A stretch of DNA of 64,000 nt. Origin: the human T2T-CHM13v2.0 reference genome, Homo sapiens. The DNA is taken from NCBI RefSeq assembly GCF_009914755.1, contig NC_060932.1; one strand, given 5' to 3'. The notes under the pieces were generated by a model. It had not been told where the DNA came from and searched no databases. It saw nothing but the letters and a program-made list of their open reading frames with translations. This document shows positions 19,931 through 44,589 of the stretch, one piece after another; position 1 is the first letter of the stretch; the number at the start of each line of letters is the position of its first letter. The position numbers and the translations under genes were made by a program.

Positions 19931-20319
19931 TGCCCTGGTTCATTTTGTGATGCTATAACAGAATATCACAGGTTAGGTAATTGATGAGGAAAAGAAATTT
20001 ATTTCTTACAGTTCTTGAGGCTGGTAAGTCCAAGGATGAGGAGTTGACATCTAGCAAGAGCCTTCATGTTGTGTCATATAATGGCAGAAGGCAAAAGAGC
20101 AAAGAGGGCAGGGGAGAGAGAGCAAGAGTGGGCCAAATTTGCTTCTATTACAGATCAACTCTGGCAATAACTAACCCAATTGTGTAATAATGACATTAAC
20201 CTATTCATGAGGCATCAGTGACCTAATCACCTCCTATTAGGTTCCACCTCTCAACGCTGTTGCATTGGGGATTAACTTTTGAACACATGAACTTTGGAGG
20301 ACATATTCAAAACATAGCA
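19931..20319 (-). mobile_element. MST/MLT1A-type MaLR LTR
   Basis: tgctataacagaatatcacagg...atttatttcttacagttct...acatgaactttggaggacatattcaaaacatagca. Confidence 0.85.
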
Positions 20320-24010
<3,691 letters not shown>

Positions 24011-24485
24011 GAAAAGGCTGTCTATTCCCCTGATCTCACAGTTAACCTCTGGCTGGTCACGCACTCAGCAAGAATGACACCCAGATGTTAGCATGCACTA
24101 GTTGCTGGCTAATTCATATATTGTTTTTGACAGTACAGTGGGGCAAAAGTTGCTCTATAGTATGATTTAATTTAATTAAAGTCAGGGTGATGCCAGGCTT
24201 TGAAGCTTGCTTTGACCTTAGCAGGGCTCTTCTTAGCTATCTCTTTTTCTGGTTCTCCCTGGTAAACTTCTAGCTGGTCTGCTGTTTCATTTCCTCTTAG
24301 TTGCTTATCATGTAAATCTCTAGTGGTTTGGACAATGCTCTTAGATACCTGTAATAAGCTCTGTTCCAAATAAAGGCAATTTTCTTAGGAAGGGCTGCGT
24401 AGCTATCTGCTAGAAACTGCCCCTCTTGAGACAAGGCAGGGACTCTTCTTAGGGGCCTACCGAGACCTCCCCAACCAAGACATTA

Positions 24486-24862
<377 letters not shown>

Positions 24863-25593
24863 AACATTCCTAAAATTTATGAGACCAAAAAAGAGCCTGA
24901 ATAGCCAAAGAAATCCTAAGCAAAAAGGACAAATCTGGAGGCATCACATTACCTGACCTCAAATTACTACAAGGTTGTAGTAACCAAAACACCGTGGTAT
25001 AAAAATAGACACAAGGGCTGGGCACGGTGGCTCATGCCTGTAATCCCAGCACTTAGGGAGGCCAAGGCGGGCAGATCACGAGGTCAGGAGATCGAGACCA
25101 TCCTGGCTAACACAGTGAAACCCCGTCTCTACTAAATATTTTAAAAATTAGCCAGGAGTGGTGGTAGGCGCCTGTAGTCCCAGCTACTCGGGAGGCTGAG
25201 GCAGGAGAATGGCATAGGCAGGAGAATGGCGTGAACCCGGGGGGTGGAGATTGCACTGAGCAGAGATTGCTCCACTGCACTCCAGCCCAGGCAATAGAGT
25301 AAGACCCCGTCTCAAAAAAAGTCACGTAAGTCAATAGAACAGAATATAGAACCCAGAAATAAAGCCATATATTAATACCTACAGCCAGCTGATCTTCAAG
25401 AAAACTGACAAAAACATCCACTGGAGAAAGGACACCCTATTCAATAAGTAGTGCTGGGAAAATTGGATTTCTATGTGCAGAAGAATGAAACTGGACCCAT
25501 ACCTCTCACTATTTACAAAAATTAGCTGAGGATGGATTACAGATTTAAATGTAAGACCTCAAAATAGAAAAATCCTACAAGAAAATGTAAGGA

Positions 25594-28259
<2,666 letters not shown>

Positions 28260-29189
28260 TTAGCCTAGGCAAAGAACTTATGAGCTCAAAACCAAATGCA
28301 ACAAAAACAAAAAATAGACAAATGGGACTTAATGAAACTAAAAAGCTTCTGCACAGCAAAAGAAATAATCAACAGAGTGAACAGACAACCTACAGAATGG
28401 GAGAAAATATTTGCAAACTATGCATCCAACAAAGAACTAATATCCAGAATCTACAGGAAACTAAAACAAGTCAACAAGAAAAAAAACTCCATTAAAAAAT
28501 GGGCAGTATTTGAAAGGAGACATGCAAGTAGCCGAGAAGCATATGAAAAAATGCCTAACATCACTAATTGTGAGAGAAATGCACCTTAAAACCACAATGA
28601 GATACTATCTCACACCAGTCAGAATGGCTATTATTGAAAAGTTAAAAAATAACAGATGTTAGCAAGGATGCAGAGAAAAATGAATGCTTATACAATGTTA
28701 CTGGGAATGTAAATTAGTACAACCTCTATGGAAAAGAAAATGGAGATTTCTCAAGGAACTAAAAATAGGACTACCATTTGATCCAGCAATCCCAACACTG
28801 AATGAAATACTGAGTATCTAGCCAAAGAGAAAAAAAAATCATTATATCAAAAAGAGATAACTGTACTTACATGTTTATTGCAGCACTATTTACAAGTGAA
28901 ATAACTCAGAAACAGAAAGTGAAATACCACAAGTTCTCACTTTTAAGTGAGAGCTAAATAATGTGTACACATGGACATAGAGATTGGAATAATAGAAATA
29001 GGCAATGGAAAATCGGAAAGGTAGGAGGTTGGGAGAATAGTGAGGGATGAAAAATCACCTAATGGGTACAGTATACGCTATTCGGGTGATGGTTAAACTT
29101 AAAGCTCAGACTTCATCACTATGCGATATATTCATGTAACAAAACTGCACTTGTAACCCTAAATCTATTTTTAATTTGTTTAAGTATTT

Positions 29190-29362
29190 TATTTTTCTTC
29201 TTCTTTTTTTTTTTTTAGATGGAGTCTCACTGTCACCCGGGCTGGAGAGCAATGGCATGATCTTGGCTGACTGCAACCACTATGTCCCGAGTTCAAGTGA
29301 TTCTCCTGCCTCAGTCTCCCTGAGTAGCTGGGACTACAGGCATGCACCACTACGCCCAGCTA

Positions 29363-29434
<72 letters not shown>

Positions 29435-29715
29435 AGATGGAGTCTCACCCTATCACCCAGGCTGGAGTGCATTGGCCGGATTTCGGCTCACTTCAAGCTC
29501 CACCTCCCAGGTTCAAGCAATTCTCCTGCCCCAGCCTCCCGAGTAGCTGGGACTAAAGACATGTGCCACCAAGCCCAGCTAATTTTTTGTATTTTTAGTA
29601 GAGAAAGGGTTTCACTCTGTTAGCCAGGATGGTCTCTATCCCCTGAGCTCGTGATCTGCCTGCCTAGGTCTCCCAAAGTGCTGGGATTGCAGGCATGAGC
29701 CACCATGCCCAGCCT
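29190..29715 (-). mobile_element. Alu right arm, (TA)19 and a full Alu
   Basis: Antisense arm 29190-29365, (TA)19 29366-29403, T30, Alu to 29715. Confidence 0.93.
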
Positions 29716-29789
29716 AATGTATTTTCTTCAGAATATTTTGAAGAATTGAAAAGTATTGAAATGCATTAAATTAATCCACTCCAGACATC

Positions 29790-30730
29790 TGTTACCAAAA
29801 CACCAAGGTTTGGTCTAGGTCTTGCTGCTTGCTGCACAGAAAGCCGATTATTCAGAGGACAAGTATTGCCAAGGAAGTGCAGCAGGATAATTTAGGAATC
29901 AGAGAGACAGAGGGGTTGAGGAGGGTGCTTATTATTTATTATTTAGGTGCACTGGCCCAGTCAGATTAACATCCAAAAAGACTGAGCCCTGAACAAAGAG
30001 TCCGGTTACCTTTTAAGCATTTTGTGGGGCAGGGGGAGATCTGTGCAGGGGGAAGCATATTACAGAAGTGAGAAACAGACAGTTATTCAATTGAGACATG
30101 CATTACATCATTTCTTACTTTTCAAGGAAAAACATGTTTTACGACTTGAGTTTATCTGCCTAGTGACCTTGCAGTTGCACAGCTAGAGAAACAGGGTCTT
30201 CACAATGCCTGGGAAAGGGAGAGATAAGGCTCACTAGCCACAGAAAAACAGGCAATTAATTTTTAAAGGACTTCAGCTCTTTCTTTTCCTCAGGGGGAAT
30301 TGGTTTTTTTTTACATACAACTGAGTTTTTGCTTACACATTCTTTAATTTCTTTTAATTCCTGTTTCAGAAGAAGGCTTTAATTGTGTGCTGCAGCCAAG
30401 GAGATGTGAGCTCAATCTCAAATCCATCGCCCTGACCAACTAAAACTAGGAGTTTCTATAGCAGGTAAGAAATGTAACAATGTGTAGGAAACAGGAAGTA
30501 GGGAGCCACAAGAAAGCAATCACGATGAATTGGGGGCTGGGCATCTCATTGTCTGAATATGGTGATCTGGTGAGTTTCAGTTCTGTTATACTTTTTTTGA
30601 GAGGCCTGAAGGTCCATCCCTGAGGAAGAAACTGAGATAAAATAAATGTAAGCTTCATGCTTTAAGACCAGAAGGGTCAATTTCTATATTTATCCAAAAA
30701 ACTGTCTATGGGACTATTGAGTCAGTTTCA
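29790..30730 (-). mobile_element. Solo LTR, LTR47-like (copy 1), split by LTR15
   Basis: Minus strand TGAAACTGACTCAATAGTCCCATAGACAG...GGTAACA; colinear with the copies at 32023 and 43488; family name from memory. Confidence 0.75.
29878..30368 (-). mobile_element. LTR15-like ERV1 solo LTR
   Basis: Minus strand TGAAACAGGAATTAAAAGAAATTAAAGAATGTGTAAGC...CTGCA; 491 bp; 4-bp TSD gaag at 29874-29877 and 30369-30372. Confidence 0.82.
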
Positions 30731-30743
30731 CCTCCTACTTCTT

Positions 30744-31041
30744 CTTTTTTTTTTTTTTTTGAGACGGAGTCGCCCTCTGTCACCCAGGCTGGAATGCAGT
30801 GGTGTGATCTGCGTTCACTGCAACCTCTGCCTCCTGGGTTCAAGTGATTCTCCTGCCTCAGCCTCCTGAGTAGCTGGGACTACAGGGGTGTGCCACCATG
30901 CCCAGCTAATTTTTGTAGTTTTAGTAGAGACAGGGTTTCACCATGTTGGCCAGGATGGTCTCGATCTGTTGACCTCGTGATCCACTCGCCTCAACCTCCC
31001 AAAGTGCTGGAATTATAGGCGTGAGCCACCATGCCCAGCCC
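30744..31041 (-). mobile_element. AluS
   Basis: Antisense Alu; TSD cacctcctac. Confidence 0.96.
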
Positions 31042-31293
31042 ACCTCCTACCTCTTTTGTGCTTTTATTAATATTTTAAATTGGCACATAGTAATTACACA
31101 TATTTATAGAGTACAGTGTGATATGCTGATACAAGTATACAATGTGTACTGATCAAATTGAGGTAATTAGCATATTCTTTACCTCAAATATTTATCATTT
31201 TTGGGGGTTGGAAACATTCAAACTTTGCTCCTCTAGCTATTTGAAAATATACAATAAATTGTTGTCAATTTGACTCATCCTACAGTGCTATAG

Positions 31294-31700
<407 letters not shown>

Positions 31701-32022
31701 TAGCCTCTACTCTCTACTTCTAATTCACACTATTCTACTCTCTCTTTCTATGAGATCAACTTTTTTAGTTTTGACATATGAATGAGAGCATGCAGTATTT
31801 ATCTTTCTGTGCCTGGCTTATTTCACTTAAATAAAGACCTCCTGTTTCATCCATGTTGCTGTGAAGGACAGGATTTCATTCCTTTTATGGCTGAATAGTA
31901 TTCCATTGTGTATATCTTTCTTTTTCCCTCATCTGTTGATTGACACTTATGATGATTCTAGACCTTGGCTATCATGAGAGAGCTGCAATAAACATGGAGG
32001 TACAGGTATCTCTTCAACACAT

Positions 32023-32465
32023 TGAAAGCAACCCAATAGTCCCATAGACAGTTTTGGGGGATAAACATAGAAATTGACTCTTCTGGTGTTAAAGCTTGAA
32101 ACTTACCTTTGTTTTATTTGAGTTCCTTCCTCAGGAAAGGACCCCAGGCCTCTCAGAAGGTATCAAAAAACTGAAACTCACCATGTCACCATATTCATAC
32201 AATCAGATGCCAGGCCCTTCATTCATCATGATTGCTTCCTCACCCCTCCCAAGTTCCTGTCTTCCCATACATCGTTACATTTCTTCTCTGCTCTGTACAC
32301 CCCTAATTTTAGTCAGTGGGGGAGATGAATTTGAGACTGATTTCCCTTCTTCTTTGCTGCACCACTCAATTAAAGCCTTCTTTGACAATAATTGTTGTCT
32401 CAGTGATTGGCTTTCTTTGCAGTAAGCAGCAGGATCAAGACTGAATCCCCGGTGTTTTGGTAACA
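32023..32465 (+). mobile_element. Solo LTR, LTR47-like (copy 2), complete
   Basis: TG...CA termini, 443 bp; near-TSD acat/atat. Confidence 0.78.
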
Positions 32466-32521
32466 ATATTGGTTTCCCTTCTTTTGGTTGTATACTGACT
32501 AGTGAAATTCCTGGATCATAT

Positions 32522-33480
<959 letters not shown>

Positions 33481-34241
33481 ATATAATAGTTATATTTTTA
33501 GTTTTTTGAATAATTTCTATACTGTTTCCATACATAATGGCTGTACTAATTTATATTCCCACCAACAGTGTGTAAGAGTTACCCTTTCTCTGTATCCTTG
33601 CCAGCATTTATTTTTTAATCTTTTTGAAAGTAGCCATCCTAACTGGGGTGAGATAACATTGTGGCTTTGATTTGCATTTCCCTGATGATTAGTAATTTTG
33701 AGCATTTTAAAATATAGTCTGTTGACCATTTGCACATTTTCTTGTGAAAGATTTCTGTTCAGCTCATTTGCCCATTTTTAATCAGATTGTTTGTTTTTGG
33801 TGTTGAGCTGTTTGAGTTTCTTGTATATTCTGGATATTAATCTCTTCTTAGATGAATAGTTTACAAATATTTTCTCCCATTCTACAGGTTATCTTTTCAC
33901 TCTGTTAATTGTTTCCTTTGCTGTGTGGAAACATTTTTAGTTTGATGTAATCCCATTTGTCTATTTTTACTTTTGTTTTCCTTACTTTTGAGGTCTTACT
34001 CATAAAATCTTTGACCAAACCAATGTCCTGGACAGTTTCCTCAAAGTTTTCATCTAATAGTTTTTTAGTTTCAGGTCTTACACACTTAAGCCTTTCAACC
34101 ATGTTGAGTTGATTTTTGAATATGATGAGAGATAGGAATCTAGTTTCATTCTTCTGCATGTGGATATCCAGTTTTTCCAGCACAAATTAAAGAGATTATC
34201 CTTTCCCCAATGAATATTCTTGGTGCCTTTAGACATCCCAG

Positions 34242-34526
34242 TGTTGCAGAATTTCTGCTCTTTTGTTCAGCTAAATCTGGGTTCTGCTAAAAGAGAAAAG
34301 AAACCTCTCAGCAAAGCGGGAGAGGTTCCTGCTAACAGGCCCACACCTCACAGATTGATTTCAGGACACAAGAATCAATCAGTTTCACACAGAAACTGAA
34401 GAGACCAGGCTCCTCCCCTATGCAAATGGCACAAGCTTCCCATGGCTCCACCCTGTCCTCCCTGTGTGCAGGCAGGTCAGACATTCTCCACGCATCCTCC
34501 ACCTTATCTACCTCCTGCATCTATCA
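34242..34526 (-). mobile_element. MER61-like ERV1 solo LTR, probably internally deleted
   Basis: Minus strand TGATAGATGCAGGAGGTAGATAAGG...GGGGAGGAGCCTGG...TGCAACA; near-TSD ccag/ccaa. Confidence 0.68.
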
Positions 34527-34550
34527 CCAAGACTCTAAAACCCAGTGCTC

Positions 34551-34863
<313 letters not shown>

Positions 34864-35303
34864 TCAGTGCTCATTTTTAGTTCAATGCTCTCATGGCTTG
34901 TAATAAACATTTTAAAGACTACTACAACTCAGAGTATGCTATTAACCATTTTTACGTTTTAGTTTGAACTTCAGGAATTTATTAACCTAAGACTAATTTT
35001 ATGTTTAGGCGGTTTCCATATGCTCTCCAAAAGGTTCAAAACTAAGAAGTCTAATTTACTTGACATCTTATGGTTCATACATTTCTTTAATTATTAGATT
35101 ATGAGAAAATTAGCAAGACTAATGAACCTGTTAAATAAAATCTAGGCCAGGTGCAGTGGCTCACACTTGTAGCTCCAGCAATTCGGGAGGCCAAAGTGGG
35201 TGAATTGCTTGAGCCCAGGAGTTCCAGACCAACCTGGGCAACATGGCAAAATCCCATCTCTACAAAAATTAGCCGGGCATAGTGGTGCCCAAATGTGATC
35301 CTA

Positions 35304-35456
<153 letters not shown>

Positions 35457-35802
35457 TTAGACTAAGCTCCTGCATTAGGGTGAATAGACGTAACCAAAAT
35501 GGAGTCACTCATGCTAAAGTTCCATGCCACCAAGCCAAAACTAACTGGTTCCTCTGATCTTCCATGAAATCAGGAAAGAGAGAGAAAGTGAGAGGCGACA
35601 GCGTGCTGGCAGCCCTTGCTCGCTCTCAGTGCCTCCTCAGCCTCGGGGCCTGCTCTGGCCATGCTTGAGGAGCCCTTCAGCCTGCCGCTGCACTATGGTG
35701 GCCCCTCTCAGGGCTGGCTGAGGTCGGAGCCAGCTCCTTCTGCTTACAGAGAGGTGTGGAGAGGCACAGGCAGGAACGGGACCAGCGTGAGTTCTGGGTG
35801 GG

Positions 35803-36772
35803 TGAAGGGGTGGGTTGCCCCTCCACACCTGTGGGTGTTTCTCATAAGGTGGAACGAGAGACTTGGAAAAGAAAAAGACACAGAAACAAAGTACAGAAAA
35901 AGAAATAAGGGGACCTGGGGAACCAGCGTTCAGCATATGGAGGATCCCGCCAGCCTCTGAGTTTCCTTAGTATTTATTGATCATTCGTGGGTGTTTCTCC
36001 GAGAGGGGGATGTGTCATGGTCACAAGACAATAGTGGGGAGAGGGTCAGCAGACAAACACGTGAACAAAGGTCTTTGCATCATAGACAAGGTAAAGAATC
36101 AAGTGCTGTGCTTTTAGATATGCATACACATAAACATCTCAATGCTTTACAAAGCAGTATTGCTGCCTGCATGTCCCACCTCCAGCCCTAAGGCGGTTTT
36201 TTCCTATCTCAGTAGATGGAACGTACAATCGGGTTTTATACCGAGACATTCCATTGCCCAGGGACAGGCAGGAGACAGATGCCTTCCTCTTGTCTCAACT
36301 GCAAGAGGCATGCCTTACTCTTATACTAATCCTCCTCAGCAGAGACCCTTTACGGGTGTCGGGCTGGGGGACAGTCAGGTCTTTCCCTTCCCACGAGGCC
36401 ATATTTCAGACTATCACATGGGGAGAAACCTTGGACAATACCTGGCTTTCCTAGGCAGAGGTCCCTGCGGCCTTCCGCAGTGTTTGTGTCCCTGGGTACT
36501 TGAGATTAGGGAGTGGTGATGACTCTTAAGGAGCATGCTGCCTTCAAGCATTTGTTTAACAAAGCACATCTTGCACAACCCTTAATCCATTTAACCCTGA
36601 GTTTGACACAGCACATGTTTCAGAGAGCACGGGGTTGCGGGGTAAGGTCATAGATTAACAGAATCTCAAGGCAGAAGAATTTTTCTTAGTACAGAACAAA
36701 ATGGAGTCTCCTATGTCTATTTCTTTCTACACAGACACAGTAGCAATCTGATCTCTCTTGCTTTTCCCCACA
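35803..36772 (-). mobile_element. HERV-K (HML-2) LTR5_Hs-type solo LTR, full length
   Basis: Minus strand begins TGTGGGGAAAAGCAAGAGAGATCAGATTG and ends CAACCCACCCCTTCA; 970 bp; perfect 6-bp TSD ggtggg at 35797-35802 and 36773-36778; TATAAAA at 36234-36240 and AATAAA at 35973-35978 (minus). Confidence 0.97.
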
Positions 36773-37224
36773 GGTGGGCGTCGGCTCGGCAGGCCCCGCA
36801 CTCAGAGCAGCCGGCCAGCACCACTGGCCCCAGGCACTGAGCTGCTTAGCACCCGGGCCAGCAGGTGCGGAGGGTGCGCCGGGTTCCCCAGCAGTGCTGG
36901 CCCGCTGGCGCTGTGCTCGAATTCTCGCCAGGCCTCAGCTGCCTCCTTACAGGGCAGGGCTCCAGACCTGCAGCCAGCCATGCCCAAGCCTCCCCACCCC
37001 CCTACCCCCGCCGTGGGCTTCTGCATGGCGCAGCCTCCCCAACAAGTGCCGCCCCCTGCTCCTCGACGCCCGGTCCCATCGATCACCCAAGGGCTGAGTA
37101 GTGCAGGCACAGGGCGCGGGACTGGTGGGCAGCTCCGCCTGCGGCACTGGTGTAGGATCCACTAGGTGAAGCCAGCTGGGTTCCTGAGTCTAGTGGAGAC
37201 TTGGAGAACCTTTATGTCTAGCTA

Positions 37225-37640
37225 AGGGATTGTAGATACACCAATCAGCACTCTGTGTCTAGCTCAAGGCTTGTAAATGCACCAATCAGCACTCTGTGTC
37301 TAGCTCAAGGTTTTGAATGCACCAATCAGCACTCTGTATCTGGCTAATCTGGTGGGGACTTGGAGAACCTTTATGTCTAGCTAAGGGATTGTGGATGAAC
37401 CAATCAGCACCCTGTGTCTAGCTCAAGGTTGGTAAATGCACCAATCAGTGCTCTGTGTCTAGCTAATCTAGTGGGGACTTGGAGAACTTTTGGGTCTAGC
37501 TCAGGGATTGTAAATGCACCAATCAGCACCTTGTCAAAACGGACCAGTTAGCTCTCTGTAAAATGGACCAATCAGCAGGATGTGGGTGGGGCCAGATAAG
37601 GGAATAAAATCAGGCTGCCCGAGCCAGTAGTGGCAACCCA
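37225..37640 (+). promoter_or_regulatory. LTR12 U3 CCAAT (NF-Y) array and AATAAA-type core promoter
   Basis: Repeated accaatcagc, then gtgggtggggccagataagggaataaaa (37582-37609), the known ERV9 promoter layout; activity untested. Confidence 0.6.
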
Positions 37641-38335
37641 CTGGGGTCCCCTTCCACACTGTGGAAGCTTTGTTCTTTCGCTCTTTGCAATAAAGCTTCC
37701 TGTTGCTCACTCTTTGGGTCCGCACTTCCTTTATGAGCTGTAACACTCACTGCGAGGGTCCGCGGCTTCATTCTTGAAGTCAGTGAGACCAAGAATCCAC
37801 CAATTCCAGACACAAAAGGATTAGATATTAGAGATTTGTTTAGCCAAATCCCTGAACAGGTCAGTTTTAACCGGCATGATAAAGCAATTCTCTCTGCTTT
37901 AATCTTTAGAAGGAAAGTAACATTGAAATGACCAATTCACTTTTTGTTCTCTGTTTCTGCTTTCTTCAGCCCTTTTCTGGATGTAAAGCCAGCCTCCTCT
38001 GCTTAGCTCATCAGAGCACTTGTTCTATTTTATGGAATAAAGTGTTGCCCAATTCAAGTATCACAAATAAAAGCCAATTAGATTTTTAAACTGTTTGCTG
38101 TAATTTTGTCTTTTGACAAACTAAAGGAAATTGCTGCTTATTCAACTGTTTTGACCTACAGAAATGGCAGTTTTTTGATGGTTCAGTCTAATGTATTGTG
38201 TTTTGGTAACATACATTTAATGTTCCATTTTCATTTAAAAATTGTTCACAGAGTATCTACTTAATGTAAGGGATTGGGGTAGAGCGAGAAGGTTACTAAG
38301 ACAAATAATAGTCATCTGTATCCTCATATATTTAA

Positions 38336-41010
<2,675 letters not shown>

Positions 41011-42135
41011 TTTTATAGCATTTTAATGGAGCTTCTGTTGGATGAGAGGCATTTTTCCAATCCACTAGATTTAACAAGAAGCTCTTCTCTTGTGACTCTC
41101 TCTTAGGAGAGAGAACTTTCCTAGAGACTCCCTCGGCTGACTTCCCCTTCATCTCCTCTGTCAGAACTAATTCATGCACCGGATTCTAAAACTGACCCAC
41201 CAGGCCGGAGAGCAGGGCTGCCGCTCTGGGTTAGAGCCTAATCATCTGGGGTGGAATGGATGTTTCGGATCAACCACAGTGGTCACCTTCAACAACCTTA
41301 ATCAGGGCTTGGAAATTCAAACTCCAAACCAGTACTCAAATCAGAAGATAACCCCTTGAAGGCCGTGGTCTTAGTTTATAAATTCTTCATATCTTTAGCA
41401 ACTGACTGAGGGAATGATCTATTACATAAATACAATGCACGGAGACCATATTTATGCATAAAACAGTGAGGTGGTAAAGGCAAGATGGGAAAGAAGGTTG
41501 AATAATTCAGACAAGACCTGGAATCATGTGGTGGGTGGGAGGGGGAAGAAAAACTTGAAAGCTTGGTTACTCTGCCAGAATCACTAACCAGTATAAGTGA
41601 CTTCCTGTGTGAAATGGCATTTTAAATGTCAGGGAGCTAAAGGACAGGATTATGGTAGCTTGAAAGCTAAGCACTAAATCAAATAACTTCAAGGCCTCTA
41701 GCCTTAAGGTCATATTTATACAGCAATGGCCAAATTGGACTGGACCAGAAAGTTTGGGCTGTTTTGTTGACTGTGGCTTACACATACATCAGAGACACTC
41801 GTTTGGAAACCCCAGTTCTGCTCTGCAAGGCATTAAGAGAGCTTCTAACAAATTCTAACAAATTTAATCAAGTGAAGTTTGGGTCTGAAATTAAAATTGG
41901 TAATAACCAAAAAAAAAAAAAAGACAACAAAACTGCAGATGGTTGAAAATACTAATCTTGTATCCTTGAGTTGCTCGTGTTATTGAGAACAGAAGGATGG
42001 AAGGAAGAAGAACAATAACACATCTAGTCCCATCTAAAATTAGGGCTTAATGTGAGATATTAAAGAGAAAGTGAATTTATTAAACAGAATAAAAAACATG
42101 GTCATATTGATTACTTAAAAAGTAAACAAGCAAGA

Positions 42136-42485
<350 letters not shown>

Positions 42486-42524
42486 TTATCTGCTACAAAA
42501 ACCTTGTGTTTAAGAAAAAATTCA

Positions 42525-43167
<643 letters not shown>

Positions 43168-43206
43168 TCTTATTGACATTTAAGTTGGTTGGGGTAGGGG
43201 GGGATT

Positions 43207-43487
43207 TGAGATGGAGTCTTGCTCTGTTGCCCAGGCTGGAGAACAGTGGCGCGATCTCAGCTCACTGCAACCTCTGCCTCCCAGGTTCAAGCAATTCTCT
43301 GCCTCAGCCTACTGAGTAGCTGGGATTACAAGCGCCCACCACCACGCCCGGCTAATTTTTGTATTTTTAGTAGAGACAGGGTTTCACCATCTTGGCCAGG
43401 CTGGTCTTGAACTTCTGACCTCATGATCCACCCATCTCGGCCTCCCAAAGTGCTGGGATTACAGGCGCGGGCCACCGCACCCAGCCA
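43207..43487 (-). mobile_element. AluS without a poly(A) tail
   Basis: Antisense Alu body abuts ggggtagggggggat directly. Confidence 0.93.
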
Positions 43488-43907
43488 GTTTTTTTTGGAT
43501 AGACACAGAAATGGACCCTTCTGGTCTTAAAGCTTGAAGCTTACGTTTGTTTTATCTGAGTTCTTTCCTCAGGAATGGACCTTCAGGCTGCTCAAAAAAA
43601 GTATCAGGGAACTGAAACTCACCAGATCACCACATCCTGACAATGAGTTGGACCCTTCATTCATCATGATTGCCTCCTTGGCCCTCCCAAGTTCCTGTTT
43701 TCTTACACATTGTTACATTCCCTCCCTGCTATAGAAACCCCTAGTTTTAGTGGGTCAGGGAGATGGATTTGAGGCTGAGTCCCCATCTCCTCGGCCATAG
43801 CACTGGATTAACGCCTTCTTCCTTGGCATTACTGGTGGTCCCAGTTCATTGGCTTTCTGTGCAGCTTGCGGCAGGACGGAGACTGAAACCCTGGTGGTTC
43901 AGTAACA
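43488..43907 (+). mobile_element. Solo LTR, LTR47-like (copy 3), missing its first ~30 bp
   Basis: Colinear with 32023-32465; ends cagtaaca. Confidence 0.75.
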
Positions 43908-44298
43908 GAGAGAGTCTAGCATGAATTGAGCTCAACCTCGATTTGTACAGAGGTGACTGGGAGTTTTTAAAGAGAGAATGAGGGAGCAGTGAAGTGAGTG
44001 AGCAGGGGCTCAGTAGACTGAGGGAAGTGAAAAGTTATGAAAAGCAGGAATGAGGGCCTAGTGTTACCCAAGTTAGGCTCCTATGCCCCCACCGAGGTTG
44101 GGAGTCAGTAATTCTTTTGGCAGCTTGAGTTTCCTCAGGCAGGCATTTTTCCTCTGGGGACATCCTAGAGAAGTGGCTTTAAGCTGCTAGAAACTGGGTC
44201 AGTGTTTTGCTCAACTCTTGCTAGGCCAACATTGAGGTCCAGTGGAGAAAGGGCTCAGAGGAGCCTGGCCAGAGTTTGGATAAGGAGAGTCTTTGTCA
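43908..44298 (-). mobile_element. MER31/MER67-like ERV1 LTR, partial
   Basis: Minus strand begins TGACAAAGACTCTCCTTATCCAAACTCTGGCCAGGCTCCTCTGAGCCC. Confidence 0.65.
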
Positions 44299-44589
44299 GG
44301 GCAAAACAACAGATAGCCAGGAGTGCAAGGCCTGGGTGAGACAGCCACATATTCCCCTTCCAGAGGCAGGGTCAGCCTGGCTCTGTTCCTGCTCACTGGG
44401 CCCCATGGAAAGGCATTGCCAGAATATGTTTTGCTTTTTTTTTTTTTTAAGAGAAACCTAAAATCTTAATTCTATGTGATCTCTCCTGAATTTTTAATTT
44501 TGACCAATTAAAAACACACTTCAAATGGCAGTAGCCCCACAAAATACATCCGCCGGCCAGATTCAGACCATGACCCACAATAATTTTCC

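Larger units (their letters stand above)
35589..37814 (+). mobile_element. LTR12 (ERV9) solo LTR split by LTR5_Hs
   Basis: Begins tgagaggcgacagcgtgctggcagccc, ends aattccagacaca; seven CCAAT units at 37240-37572; 4-bp TSD aaag at 35585-35588 and 37815-37818. Confidence 0.96.

Noticed and set aside
35803-36772. SVA element (SINE-R shares this sequence)
   Set aside because: Complete 970-bp LTR with TG..CA ends and a 6-bp TSD; no hexamer, VNTR, env part or poly(A).
37200-37575. Spaced ~40-bp repeats resembling a CRISPR array (also 27345-27630)
   Set aside because: Known LTR12 U3 tandem enhancer units; no unique spacers, no cas genes, eukaryotic DNA.
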